From the NCBI GenBank assembly GCA_043745805.1, contig JAYTSD010000025.1:1-45758 (forward strand): a stretch of DNA of 45,758 bases. The letters are read 5' to 3'. Below are positions 38,301 through 45,758 of the stretch, piece after piece (the stretch's first letter is position 1; every line of letters begins with the position of its first letter). The notes beneath the pieces are model-generated. The model had not been told where the DNA came from and searched no databases. It worked only from the letters and a program-made list of their open reading frames with translations. The stretch is from Fibrobacteria bacterium. GTDB taxonomy: Bacteria; Fibrobacterota; Fibrobacteria; UBA11236. The position numbers were made by a program, and so were the translations under genes.

Positions 38301-40220
38301 CGTCCTAAGGCAGTTGTTCCAAATGGTGTATTCACAGGAAAATTGAAAATGGGATCATTAAGTGCAAGCTTAAATATGAAGGTGTATTTCGACACTACTA
38401 AAGTTTTACGAGTAGCCTATTCTTCCACAATGGATAAGGATACCTTGGTGGATACCGTAATAGCGGTGTTTAGCGAATTGTCAGGTGAATTAGTATTCCG
38501 AATTAATATGGCCACTACTGGTGCAAATAATGGTAGAGCTTTATTAATGCGCGGTCATTATGACCAAATCCAATCCATTCTCCAAGGACCAATCGATATG
38601 ATTGAATCCGGTGATCGCAATAGCAGCAAATATGGTGGTGGTCCAAATGTGGGTCAATTCGCGGGTAGTGGTCGTGGGGAAGATGTCAGTCGTTTCCTTG
38701 GTGATGGAGGTAACAATGGTTGCCAACCAGGTCAACCATGCGGCGGTGCAACAAATAATGGTCCCGTAGCTTCGGGTTATCGTTTGCCTCCTTCTGGTGT
38801 CAATACTGGAGCGATCATTGTATTAGGTAAGTCGAGCGCAATATTAATGGATGAATTTAAAGATACCATACAAGTTTTCTCCAATGTGAATTATCGCACT
38901 CAGCCTGACGGATCCTTCGATGTATTTGCTGAGTATAATTTCGACGACATGAAGGGATATCATAAAAAGGCCGATATGGGTGGACATTTAGCCTTGATGG
39001 ATTCTGTATGGGTATTTGATGGACACTTTTTCCAAAATATTGATTCTGGAATGGTACATAAATCTATTCCGGGTCAAATGTCGGTGAAGATTTCTAAAAC
39101 CGATAAAGACCTTACGGTTGCGCCAATCATTGGTGTATACGGTCCATTTGCCGGTTGGATACAACAAGATAAATTTGGAACAGGTTTACAAGGAGGAACT
39201 TCAACTAATCCTATGAATACTATGCCTTGCGTTCAAGGTCAACCTTGCCCAAATAATCCTCCACCTTGTGATCCCGCAAAACCATGTACGACTAATCCTC
39301 CTCCATGCCCAGCTGGACAAATCTGTAACACTAATCCACCTGTAAACAATCCACCTATTGGAGGAAGTTTCTCCCGTCCTTATGTCAACGGTCTTAAAAA
39401 CTTTAAGGACGTGTTAACTAAAGATAGTATTGCCGCAGGAGGTACTTTCTATGTAACGGTAGGTAATCGTGTATTGGTTGTGATTAATGATAGTCTCCAT
39501 ATTAAAGAAGCCACTTCGCCAAATTGCGGTCAAATAATAGTGACAGCTTCCATGATTCCACTATTGTCGGATGCGCCTGCAACGGAACAAATTTCTTTTA
39601 AAAATGATTCAACAAAATTTAGTTCGAGTGATGTCGTATTAATTATAGTAGAGGATCAATTTTTATTCGGTCAACCTGCGCGTATGGAAAAAATCCGTGA
39701 TGCACAAGGTGAGATACGTACACACGTATTTGTCGTCGATACACGTCCAGGATTCAATTACAATACGGCAGGGGCTATGGCTTGCACAGCGGGTGCGCCT
39801 CCAAATAATAATCCTCCACCATGTGATCCTTCGAAACCTTGTACACCTCCTCCTTGCGATTCGTTACACCCTTGTACACCACCACCATGTGATCCTTCGA
39901 AACCTTGTACACCTCCACCATGTGATTCATTACATCCTTGTCAACAAGGTGGACCGGTATTGTTCAAAGGGACTTTGGATAAAGTGACTACCGCTTTGAG
40001 TTTGTCCAATAATCATGTCATAATTCCTGCTCCGCAACCAAATCCTCCTATGGATTTGATTGTCAATCCTGCTTCCTTAATGCAGGACTCACAAACAGGA
40101 TTTGTAAGGGTAGCCATGGCAGCGGATCCAGCTAAATTTGTAGTTTTTAATGGGGATGTAGGAGACCCAACTAAATTAATGTTATCACCTGATAATAAAC
40201 CGCTTGTAACTCCTAAATAA
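35301..40220 (+). CDS. Large multidomain surface lipoprotein (1639 aa): carboxypeptidase-regulatory-like, two Ig-like (Big_5-like), NTF2-like, DxDxDG repeats, Pro/Cys repeats
   Basis: Lipobox-like YTAC; TTTDVHGNY; VVFSEPI and ITFNKPV; DMDNDG/DTDGDH/DADGDG; PPPCDPSKPCT repeats; AAGGGAG SD and own terminator. Confidence 0.8.
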   Translation: MSESRKPIQSPMEKRSFSKGLAVMACAMSIFYTACSKSKSAEKVVAPSVKTPDVSKVLTSADSVLKANKGKGVITGFLTGEGASASKSLLKQASNAAGERRFLKFEEIPLSGANILLYNALKPTTIAAATTTTDVHGNYTVALPEGKYFAYAVYFDLSTFKLVTAQIPNINSIVDSIIKVDSSIAVEDVTQPTIRSVYDATSPDDKGVFLVGSIASTSAKINVVFSEPINRESVKGMILGKVDTTNTSTTLVLADTVKNIGITWSGDNKELTLNIATLAEGVQYGMIIPVSIKDLAKNSLEREYKATFITVSAKEISDVKFAIAATSPADKELIKPIQNPAITFNKPVEIFSILKSVSISPAINGFWEVSGPRAIFTHPKQAFEIGKTYTVTIPDSVKDISGTTLGKTVSYTFMVKDFDGAAKTSTGKDKEVALVVENLFDAYLQGDIGKFATYFHENFRSISNDGIKSKQDFLTNIRKDVGQRQASAAGFLAPIFNTSTKVCSDKQSIWKVAAKGGTADEFVWVDAYVSQGSSPRVYEKELLAEVKPDSWDKTGPRFTYKGKVYGFAPDFSNFHGPVTADGAKDDQRFFGDRLAQTSTVVLDTAKIEMKENFTVDGGISVVNDTAKVAVKFTSFEKYNRRNWGDMRRACETSLMDTSYQILKFVLILDGSKWVVLNVVSTENVNKENFNDKIGTADFQIKKTEPITLIGPLADKAANVDGKVKFEFKGLNIDSVGGYIIGLAEDNKFTGGRPPYGAVFFVKSQGKGVTQAFTLNSAAGLESGVDGTPILRRVQDLKLPGWDRTMYEYVLTKLIKSDSGLAGVYNWKVIAVKDTSAAQFLANGFSPQRYLGESDFGPARGHFAVKDFPQGAAFAQFESQTNFAPVGAGAPMGFGDMDNDGYPDFIEMKYATDPKDRNSYPDFKVDTDGDHLPDFIEKILDKDGKKGLVDSAGNLTQVANEIAALKTAGVIWEDADGDGFPNDIEQMFGFNQFDKMSNPGTRPKAVVPNGVFTGKLKMGSLSASLNMKVYFDTTKVLRVAYSSTMDKDTLVDTVIAVFSELSGELVFRINMATTGANNGRALLMRGHYDQIQSILQGPIDMIESGDRNSSKYGGGPNVGQFAGSGRGEDVSRFLGDGGNNGCQPGQPCGGATNNGPVASGYRLPPSGVNTGAIIVLGKSSAILMDEFKDTIQVFSNVNYRTQPDGSFDVFAEYNFDDMKGYHKKADMGGHLALMDSVWVFDGHFFQNIDSGMVHKSIPGQMSVKISKTDKDLTVAPIIGVYGPFAGWIQQDKFGTGLQGGTSTNPMNTMPCVQGQPCPNNPPPCDPAKPCTTNPPPCPAGQICNTNPPVNNPPIGGSFSRPYVNGLKNFKDVLTKDSIAAGGTFYVTVGNRVLVVINDSLHIKEATSPNCGQIIVTASMIPLLSDAPATEQISFKNDSTKFSSSDVVLIIVEDQFLFGQPARMEKIRDAQGEIRTHVFVVDTRPGFNYNTAGAMACTAGAPPNNNPPPCDPSKPCTPPPCDSLHPCTPPPCDPSKPCTPPPCDSLHPCQQGGPVLFKGTLDKVTTALSLSNNHVIIPAPQPNPPMDLIVNPASLMQDSQTGFVRVAMAADPAKFVVFNGDVGDPTKLMLSPDNKPLVTPK
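39813..39944 (+). repeat. Coding tandem repeat: 4 x 33 bp (2 x 66 bp), PPPCDPSKPCT/PPPCDSLHPC
   Basis: Directly visible and in frame. Confidence 0.95.
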
Positions 40221-40246
40221 TTAGTTTAAAACGTTATTTTTATCAC

Positions 40247-40272
40247 AACGCTCCGATTTCGGGGCGTTTTTT
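40247..40272 (+). terminator. Intrinsic terminator
   Basis: AACGCTCCGA-TT-TCGGGGCGTTTTTT. Confidence 0.85.
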
Positions 40273-40309
40273 ATTGCATTTTGGGTATTATGCATGTTAG
40301 TCTCAAGCT

Positions 40310-40732
40310 ATGCCGAAAACAAATTTTGCCTCGTATTTACTTGCCAAACCTTGGGATGAAGCCAGTTTTGATCAAAAGCAATTATTGGAAAAAACTTTAC
40401 CTTGGCTACAGTCTTTGTTCCAATTACCTAATCATAAAATTGCGGATGATGAAGTTGGGCGGGATTTTTTATTTCCGATGATTAAATTGGGTTTAGCGTT
40501 TGAACAAATTCAAGATTTATGTTTGAAAATCCCCTCTGCTTGGCCACTTGACCATCGAGAAATCTATTATGATTTTCGTTTGGAGCGATGGATGAAGCAT
40601 ATAGAGCCCTTAACTTTGCCAGAGTGTATTCGTGAATATATTCGCAATTCGATTAATCCTGAACAGGCAGAAAATTATTTGCGTTCTGAGTTTGCGAAAG
40701 CTTTAACTGAAATTAAAAACGAAAATATTTAA
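40310..40732 (+). CDS. Hypothetical protein (140 aa)
   Basis: ORF fills the intergenic gap; promoter-like TTGCAT-N18-TAGTCT upstream. Confidence 0.7.
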   Translation: MPKTNFASYLLAKPWDEASFDQKQLLEKTLPWLQSLFQLPNHKIADDEVGRDFLFPMIKLGLAFEQIQDLCLKIPSAWPLDHREIYYDFRLERWMKHIEPLTLPECIREYIRNSINPEQAENYLRSEFAKALTEIKNENI

Positions 40733-40743
40733 ACTTGCTGGAA

Positions 40744-41694
40744 TTAAAACTGATAACTCAAAACCAAAGACATAGGCTCCGGGCCAGGAGTGAGTGCAAA
40801 CTTTTCGGGGCTATCAAAATCGGACAACGCTGCATCTACCATTCCGTCCATTATGGAATAAACATATAACAATACCATTCCCCAAAAATACTGATTTCTT
40901 CTTTTGCGAAACACCGTTCTCTCTTTAGTTAATTTGGTGAGAGCTTCGGAAGAGATATAACCTTGAGCAGCCTCACTGCGTGCGATTCCAATGCGTTCGT
41001 TATAATAATCCACCACATTTTGACGAGATATAGCGGCGATCACGCTTCCTCCAAATCCCATATACAATAAGCCGAATTTACCGTAACGATGATTATAAAG
41101 TTGCGCGGAGCCGGGCAAAAATAAACCTAAATATAGGGCAGTACTTACGGATTTTTTTTCTTGATTTGGATGCTGACTTTTATACACAATTTCCATCGCA
41201 TCTAATATGCCATAGAAATGCAAACCCATGGCCCATGCCACTTCAGAATTAGCCAAGTCTTCTTGCTTCACACGTAAATCATTGGTTTCTCTCGCGGTCT
41301 GAATTAAATCTATACGTTTACTTTCATTCCCAAGTTGAGGGGGATAGAAAAGGGAATCGGCTCTATCATATAAGCGTAAGATTTGGCGCTTTTGTTTACG
41401 ATTTTGCATTTCATGGCTAATTAAACCATCGTAGATTAGGCCGCCTTCTAAAGCGATTAAAAAACCTGCGCGAACAGGATGATGACCATAAATTTGTCCT
41501 CCACCAGGAAAAAGTAAGGAATAGCCTAGGGCTTTCGGATACGAAAGGGGAGGGGTGGGGACTTGCCAATCATTTAAGGGTAAGCTGTCAATAGCTGGGA
41601 TGCCGCTTTTATGTTGTGCCGAAACTGTGGATATGGCAGTGAGCAGGGCAAATAGCACAAACAAATTTAAAAGGCTAAATATTTTTTTCCACAC
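40744..41694 (-). CDS. Exported protein with two DUF5683-like repeats
   Basis: KAL.YSLLFPGGGQIY and AL..GLFLPGSAQLYN..Y.K; Y..I.DA/DG.VDA.L..FD; ends in a beta strand with F. Confidence 0.75.
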   Translation of the reverse strand: MWKKIFSLLNLFVLFALLTAISTVSAQHKSGIPAIDSLPLNDWQVPTPPLSYPKALGYSLLFPGGGQIYGHHPVRAGFLIALEGGLIYDGLISHEMQNRKQKRQILRLYDRADSLFYPPQLGNESKRIDLIQTARETNDLRVKQEDLANSEVAWAMGLHFYGILDAMEIVYKSQHPNQEKKSVSTALYLGLFLPGSAQLYNHRYGKFGLLYMGFGGSVIAAISRQNVVDYYNERIGIARSEAAQGYISSEALTKLTKERTVFRKRRNQYFWGMVLLYVYSIMDGMVDAALSDFDSPEKFALTPGPEPMSLVLSYQF

Positions 41695-41785
41695 GAGGGA
41701 AAAATACTAATACCAAGGCTTTTCTTGGGCAATTTACCATGAAATGGTTACTAACTATTTTACGCGGAAGATGTATTTTTTGAAG

Positions 41786-43057
41786 ATGAAAATTGGAATA
41801 CTCAATATTGGCGATGAACTTTTAGCGGGAAAAATCCTCAATACCAATAGCTATTCGATTTCCCAGCGACTTTATCCTTTGGGCCATGAAGTCATTTTTA
41901 CTTCGGTCATTCCCGATGGGGAAGAAGCGCTTGCAAAGGGATTACAAAATATTTTCCAAAATTATGAACCGGATTTTTTGATTATCACAGGTGGCTTAGG
42001 CCCCACGCAGGACGATTTAACCCGTCAAGGCATTGCACGTTTTTTGAAAAAGCCCTTAGAGGAGTCTGCCGAAGCTAAAATTTGGTTAACGGAATTTCTG
42101 CTAAAATATTATTCAAAGGAATTGTCGGTTGGACAATTAATGCAGATTTTAATTCCCGTAGGCAGTAAGCCCTTACGTAACCCTAAAGGTACGGCTTGTG
42201 GTTTCGCTTTTACGTTTGAGGCAACCTCGTGTTTTGCTTTTCCTGGTGTGCCTATGGAATTAGATGCCATGTTAGCTTTGCACGTATTACCTTTATTACA
42301 GGCCAATCAAATTCTTTTAACTCGGCAGGTTTGGACTTGGGGCTGGAGTGAATCGGATCAACGCTTAGCTTTGGCCGATATTAACTTTCAGGAGATTAAT
42401 GGGGATTTTCGATTTTCCAGTTTGCCGCGTGAAGAAGGCGTACTTATTAGCCTAAGTATTTTAGCGGTACCACAGGATCAAAATGATAGGGACAAACAAT
42501 TACAAAGTATTTGGGACAAAATTTTAAAAGTCATTCCTTCCGAAAAATTAATTAGTGCGGTAGGTGATAACATAAATGTTACCGTACAAAATTTGTTACT
42601 CCGTCTCGAAGCGAAAGTTGCTGTGGCAGAATCTTGCACTGGTGGAGGCTTGGGTTTTCTTTTAACCGAAACTCCCGGCAGCTCCGCAATATTTGAAAAA
42701 GGTTTTTTGACCTATTCTAATCAAGCAAAACAAGAATTGTTAGGCGTATCGTCACAAATCCTCGATCAATTCGGCGCTGTGTCACAAGAAGTCGTAACCG
42801 AAATGTTACGTGGTTGTTTGCAAAAAAGTGGATCGGACTTCGCCTGCGCCATCTCAGGCATTGCTGGACCCGATGGCGGCACCACGGATAAACCGGTGGG
42901 AACAGTTTGGATCGCGGTGGGCGATAAGGACGGGATTCATTCCCGAAAACTGCAATTAAAAGGCGACCGTATGGCCATTCGTTGGCGGTCGGCATATACC
43001 ACTTTAAATGAGCTTCGCCTGTTTTTACAGGAAAAATGCCTAAATTTTAAAAATTAG
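41786..43057 (+). CDS. cinA: CinA family competence/damage-inducible protein (MocF domain plus NMN deamidase)
   Basis: MKIGILNIGDELLAG, TGGLGPTQDDLTR, PGVP.E, AESCTGG, SGIAGPDGG...KPVG; upstream of recA. Confidence 0.95.
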   Translation: MKIGILNIGDELLAGKILNTNSYSISQRLYPLGHEVIFTSVIPDGEEALAKGLQNIFQNYEPDFLIITGGLGPTQDDLTRQGIARFLKKPLEESAEAKIWLTEFLLKYYSKELSVGQLMQILIPVGSKPLRNPKGTACGFAFTFEATSCFAFPGVPMELDAMLALHVLPLLQANQILLTRQVWTWGWSESDQRLALADINFQEINGDFRFSSLPREEGVLISLSILAVPQDQNDRDKQLQSIWDKILKVIPSEKLISAVGDNINVTVQNLLLRLEAKVAVAESCTGGGLGFLLTETPGSSAIFEKGFLTYSNQAKQELLGVSSQILDQFGAVSQEVVTEMLRGCLQKSGSDFACAISGIAGPDGGTTDKPVGTVWIAVGDKDGIHSRKLQLKGDRMAIRWRSAYTTLNELRLFLQEKCLNFKN

Positions 43058-43085
43058 GCCAAATAATTTTGCTCAAAAAAACACT

Positions 43086-43099
43086 TGCACAAATGAGCA
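43086..43099. promoter_or_regulatory. Candidate LexA (SOS) box, Fibrobacter-type
   Basis: TGCACAAATGAGCA, i.e. TGCTC-ATTT-GTGCA on the minus strand, overlapping a TTGCAC-N18-TACATT promoter-like element before recA. Confidence 0.7.
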
Positions 43100-43138
43100 G
43101 TGTTATTGTACATTATGAAAATCAACCAGGGAGAGGCC

Positions 43139-44242
43139 ATGAGCACTAGCAGTACAAAGAAACAAGTCGTTAACGAAGAAGCTTCGAATCGAAAAAAGGC
43201 CGTTGAGGCCGCAGTTGCGCAAATTGAGAAGAATCATGGTAAAGGGTCGATTATGACCTTAGGGTCGCAAGAGGCGATTGACATGCCTGTGATTAGCACA
43301 GGTTGTATTCAGCTAGATGTAGCTCTGGGTATTGGCGGTTTACCGCGTGGACGTATCATTGAAATTTATGGACCTGAATCTTCAGGTAAAACCACTTTGA
43401 CTTTGCATGCCATTGCCGAAGCACAAAAAGTGGGTGGTGTAGCGGCTTTTATTGATGCCGAGCACGCCTTTGATGCCTTATATGCTCGTCGACTCGGAGT
43501 AGATATTGATAATCTTTTGGTTTCTCAGCCCGATACGGGTGAACAAGCTCTAGATATTGTCGAAACCTTAGTACGCAGTGGTGCGATTGATATTATAGTT
43601 GTCGACTCCGTAGCGGCTCTGGTACCCCAAGCGGAAATCAATGGGGAAATGGGTGATTCTCATATGGGTTTGCAAGCTCGTTTAATGTCGCAAGCATTGC
43701 GTAAGCTCACTGGTATTGTGAGCCGCTCCAATTGCTGTTTAGTATTCATCAATCAATTGCGCATGAAAATTGGCGTGATGTTTGGTAATCCTGAAACCAC
43801 TACCGGTGGAACAGCTTTAAAATTTTATGCTTCAGTACGTTTGGATATTCGTAAAATTGCTTCGCTTAAAGAAGGTGATGAAAATATCGGTAATCGCACT
43901 AAAGTAAAAGTGGTAAAAAATAAAGTTGCTGCTCCTTTTAAACAATGTGAATTCGATATTCTTTACGGAACGGGTATTTCTAAAGAAGGCAGTTTGCTGG
44001 ATTTAGCCGCAGAATTAGAAATTGTGCAGAAAAGTGGTACTTGGTTTTCTTATGGTAAAGAACGCTTGGGTCAAGGCCGTGAAAAAGCCCGTGACTTTTT
44101 ACGCGAGCATTCGGATATGGCTAAAGAAATTGAATCCCGTATTCGCTCCACATTGGCTGCCGATAGAGATTCTGCTAAAACCGGTAAAGTTGCTACTCCA
44201 GGTGGCGATGAAAGCTGGGATAATATTCAAATCACGGAATAA
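43139..44242 (+). CDS. recA: Recombinase RecA
   Basis: [49 protein letters not shown] at 43139 after GGGAGAGG. Confidence 0.99.
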   Translation: MSTSSTKKQVVNEEASNRKKAVEAAVAQIEKNHGKGSIMTLGSQEAIDMPVISTGCIQLDVALGIGGLPRGRIIEIYGPESSGKTTLTLHAIAEAQKVGGVAAFIDAEHAFDALYARRLGVDIDNLLVSQPDTGEQALDIVETLVRSGAIDIIVVDSVAALVPQAEINGEMGDSHMGLQARLMSQALRKLTGIVSRSNCCLVFINQLRMKIGVMFGNPETTTGGTALKFYASVRLDIRKIASLKEGDENIGNRTKVKVVKNKVAAPFKQCEFDILYGTGISKEGSLLDLAAELEIVQKSGTWFSYGKERLGQGREKARDFLREHSDMAKEIESRIRSTLAADRDSAKTGKVATPGGDESWDNIQITE

Positions 44243-44276
44243 ATTTTTTCTTAAAAATTATTTTCCCGCGCAACGG

Positions 44277-44308
44277 AAGACAGAGGTAAAACTCTGTCTT
44301 TTTTTTTT
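44277..44308 (+). terminator. recA intrinsic terminator
   Basis: AAGACAGAG-GTAAAA-CTCTGTCTT followed by a T run. Confidence 0.9.
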
Positions 44309-44431
44309 GGGCAACATTAAATTGGTATTTGGCAGTATAGCGCTGAGGTCTATGCTTTGGGTTTTTGTACAATAACTCCATACCAACCCAGGCCATTGTA
44401 TTCCTGATAACCAAAGTCATTAATAAATATT

Positions 44432-45085
44432 TTATTTCTTTACCTCATACCCCACAATAACCTTCTCCGCAATTTTCCGAATCAAATCTTTATCTTCACC
44501 CTTCCCAAACTTAAAATCCAAATCGAGAAAAACCTCATACACTTCAATAGCCATTACCGCTTGCTGGGTAACATTGACTGGCACAAAGCCTGCAGGAAAA
44601 TATTCCAGAAATTTATTCAAGAATTTTGCCGCCAATTTCACCGCTGTAATTTGTTTGCCATCTTCAATTGTTGTTAAAGCAAATTCCCAACGATTCGCTT
44701 GTTCCGAAATCAAAGGTTTATCCTCACCTAAAGTTAAACCAGTAGCTGGGAAAATACGGCAATCATAAGTACGACAAGTTTGTGGGCGATGCTCATAAAT
44801 GGAACAGGCATTGTTTTTGAACATGGGACAATGCCCTTTTTCATTATAGCCCATTAATACATTCCCTTTAGATAAGCCAGGGGCAGGGAAGAGCAGCTTC
44901 TTGGGAATATTTGCTAAGGTGGTTTTTTCTGCGGGTTTAATATGAATAAAATAAGCCGAAGTGCAACATCCTCGGCAATCGCCGCAAGGGACATTTGCGC
45001 CACGATCACTTTTTAACGCTTGCCGAGTTTGTTTAAGCCAACTAGAAAAATCCTCGGATTTTATTTTTTCTTTGGAGGAGGGAAT
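44432..45085 (-). CDS. YkgJ-family Cys-cluster (Zn/Fe-chelating) protein; start non-canonical or lost
   Basis: Frame extends 77 codons upstream of ATG 44854 and contains CGDCRGCC; downstream CPMF...CSIYEHRPQTCRTYDC. Confidence 0.75.
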   Translation of the reverse strand: MPSSKEKIKSEDFSSWLKQTRQALKSDRGANVPCGDCRGCCTSAYFIHIKPAEKTTLANIPKKLLFPAPGLSKGNVLMGYNEKGHCPMFKNNACSIYEHRPQTCRTYDCRIFPATGLTLGEDKPLISEQANRWEFALTTIEDGKQITAVKLAAKFLNKFLEYFPAGFVPVNVTQQAVMAIEVYEVFLDLDFKFGKGEDKDLIRKIAEKVIVGYEVKK

Positions 45086-45583
45086 TTATTCCCCCTTTTT
45101 TTTCATATAGTCCACTAATTGATCAAGTGCTTTGCCCCAACCGTCATGAAAGCCCATAGCTTCATGCTTGATACGACTTGCTTCATCCATATGCATAGCC
45201 ATAGCTGTATATTTCGTTCCGCCTTCATAGGACTCCAAAGAAATAATAGCTGTCATGGCAAAGCCTTCGGCTTCGGATATTTCAGCAGGACGAAAACCGG
45301 GTTTTAAAGAATTTGTCCAAATTAATCTTTTGTTTTCGACAACTTCAAGGTAACATCCAACAACTGGGAAACTTTCACCTTCAGGCGATTGCATAATAGT
45401 GCTAAAAAGGCCTCCGGCTTGTAAATCAATTTCACATTTAATGGTTTTCCAAGGAGCGGGTGTAAACCAATGCACAATATGTTCGGGCTTTGTCCATGCC
45501 GCCCAAACTATTTCAGGAGAAACGTCTACGAAGCGTTCAAGAAATAAATCCAGCTTGGGATTGGGTTTAATATTTACACTCAT
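45086..45583 (-). CDS. SRPBCC/AHSA1 family protein
   Basis: LER.VD.SPE.VW.AWT.PE....WF.P, IDL..GG.F, YLEVV...RL.WT, HEAMGF..GW...LDQL. Confidence 0.93.
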   Translation of the reverse strand: MSVNIKPNPKLDLFLERFVDVSPEIVWAAWTKPEHIVHWFTPAPWKTIKCEIDLQAGGLFSTIMQSPEGESFPVVGCYLEVVENKRLIWTNSLKPGFRPAEISEAEGFAMTAIISLESYEGGTKYTAMAMHMDEASRIKHEAMGFHDGWGKALDQLVDYMKKKGE

Positions 45584-45657
45584 AGTTTTTCCTTTAGAAG
45601 GATAAGCAATGGCCTTATACGCAATACTTAGGTAAATGCATAATTATTTAAGTTAAC

Positions 45658-45689
45658 AAAAAAAGAGGGTGGATAAAAATCCACCCTCT
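45658..45689 (-). terminator. Intrinsic terminator of the upstream minus-strand gene
   Basis: Minus strand AGAGGGTGGAT-TTTT-ATCCACCCTC-TTTTTTT. Confidence 0.9.
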
Positions 45690-45711
45690 GAAATTCATAT
45701 TTGCGATTTGT

Positions 45712-45758
45712 TTATAGCGACTTTAAAAATTTAATCATGGCATCTTGGTCCGCTGCTG
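45712..45758 (-). CDS. 3' end of a gene entering from the window edge (...AADQDAMIKFLKSL*), reminiscent of cytochrome c/di-heme oxidoreductase C-termini
   Basis: Open frame to TAA followed by a terminator; only 14 residues visible. Confidence 0.45.
   Translation of the reverse strand, partial: AADQDAMIKFLKSL

Noticed and set aside
39813-39944. CRISPR-like 33-bp periodicity
   Set aside because: Contiguous in-frame coding repeats, no spacers, no cas genes
2307-45605. Many short antisense or overlapping ORFs in the track (e.g. 2307..2831, 16680..17150, 35891..36277, 44022..44375)
   Set aside because: Shadow frames of well-supported genes with no motifs or SD

Overview
Bacterial chromosomal window made up mostly of housekeeping genes. 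It is probably from a Fibrobacterota-like diderm; this is inferred from a Fibrobacter-type LexA box at recA, from the secreted and outer-membrane proteins, and from gene order. Recognisable genes: yebC-ruvCAB, an amidase coupled to smpB, HU/IHF, tatA-tatC, carA-rlmB, rnd, trpS, panB, an RsbU-like phosphatase with pgeF, uvrB, an AsmA-family gene, glgB, tRNA-Val and tRNA-Asp, phoH, yicC, cinA and recA. No transposase, integrase, prophage, rRNA or CRISPR array was seen. Most notable: (1) a TatB-like membrane module fused in frame to 5-formyltetrahydrofolate cyclo-ligase inside the tat operon; (2) six genes with a TAnnnT -10-like hexamer exactly 6 nt before the start codon and no good SD, suggesting leaderless mRNAs; (3) a 1639-aa surface lipoprotein with Ig-like, split NTF2-like, DxDxDG and Pro-rich C-x5-C modules; (4) a YkgJ Cys-cluster gene with no canonical start, in frame directly behind an SRPBCC stop codon; (5) decayed accessory genes (an Rhs-like fragment, a headless beta-barrel ORF and a twice-frameshifted propeller gene). 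All family calls come from reading motifs by eye; no database search was run.
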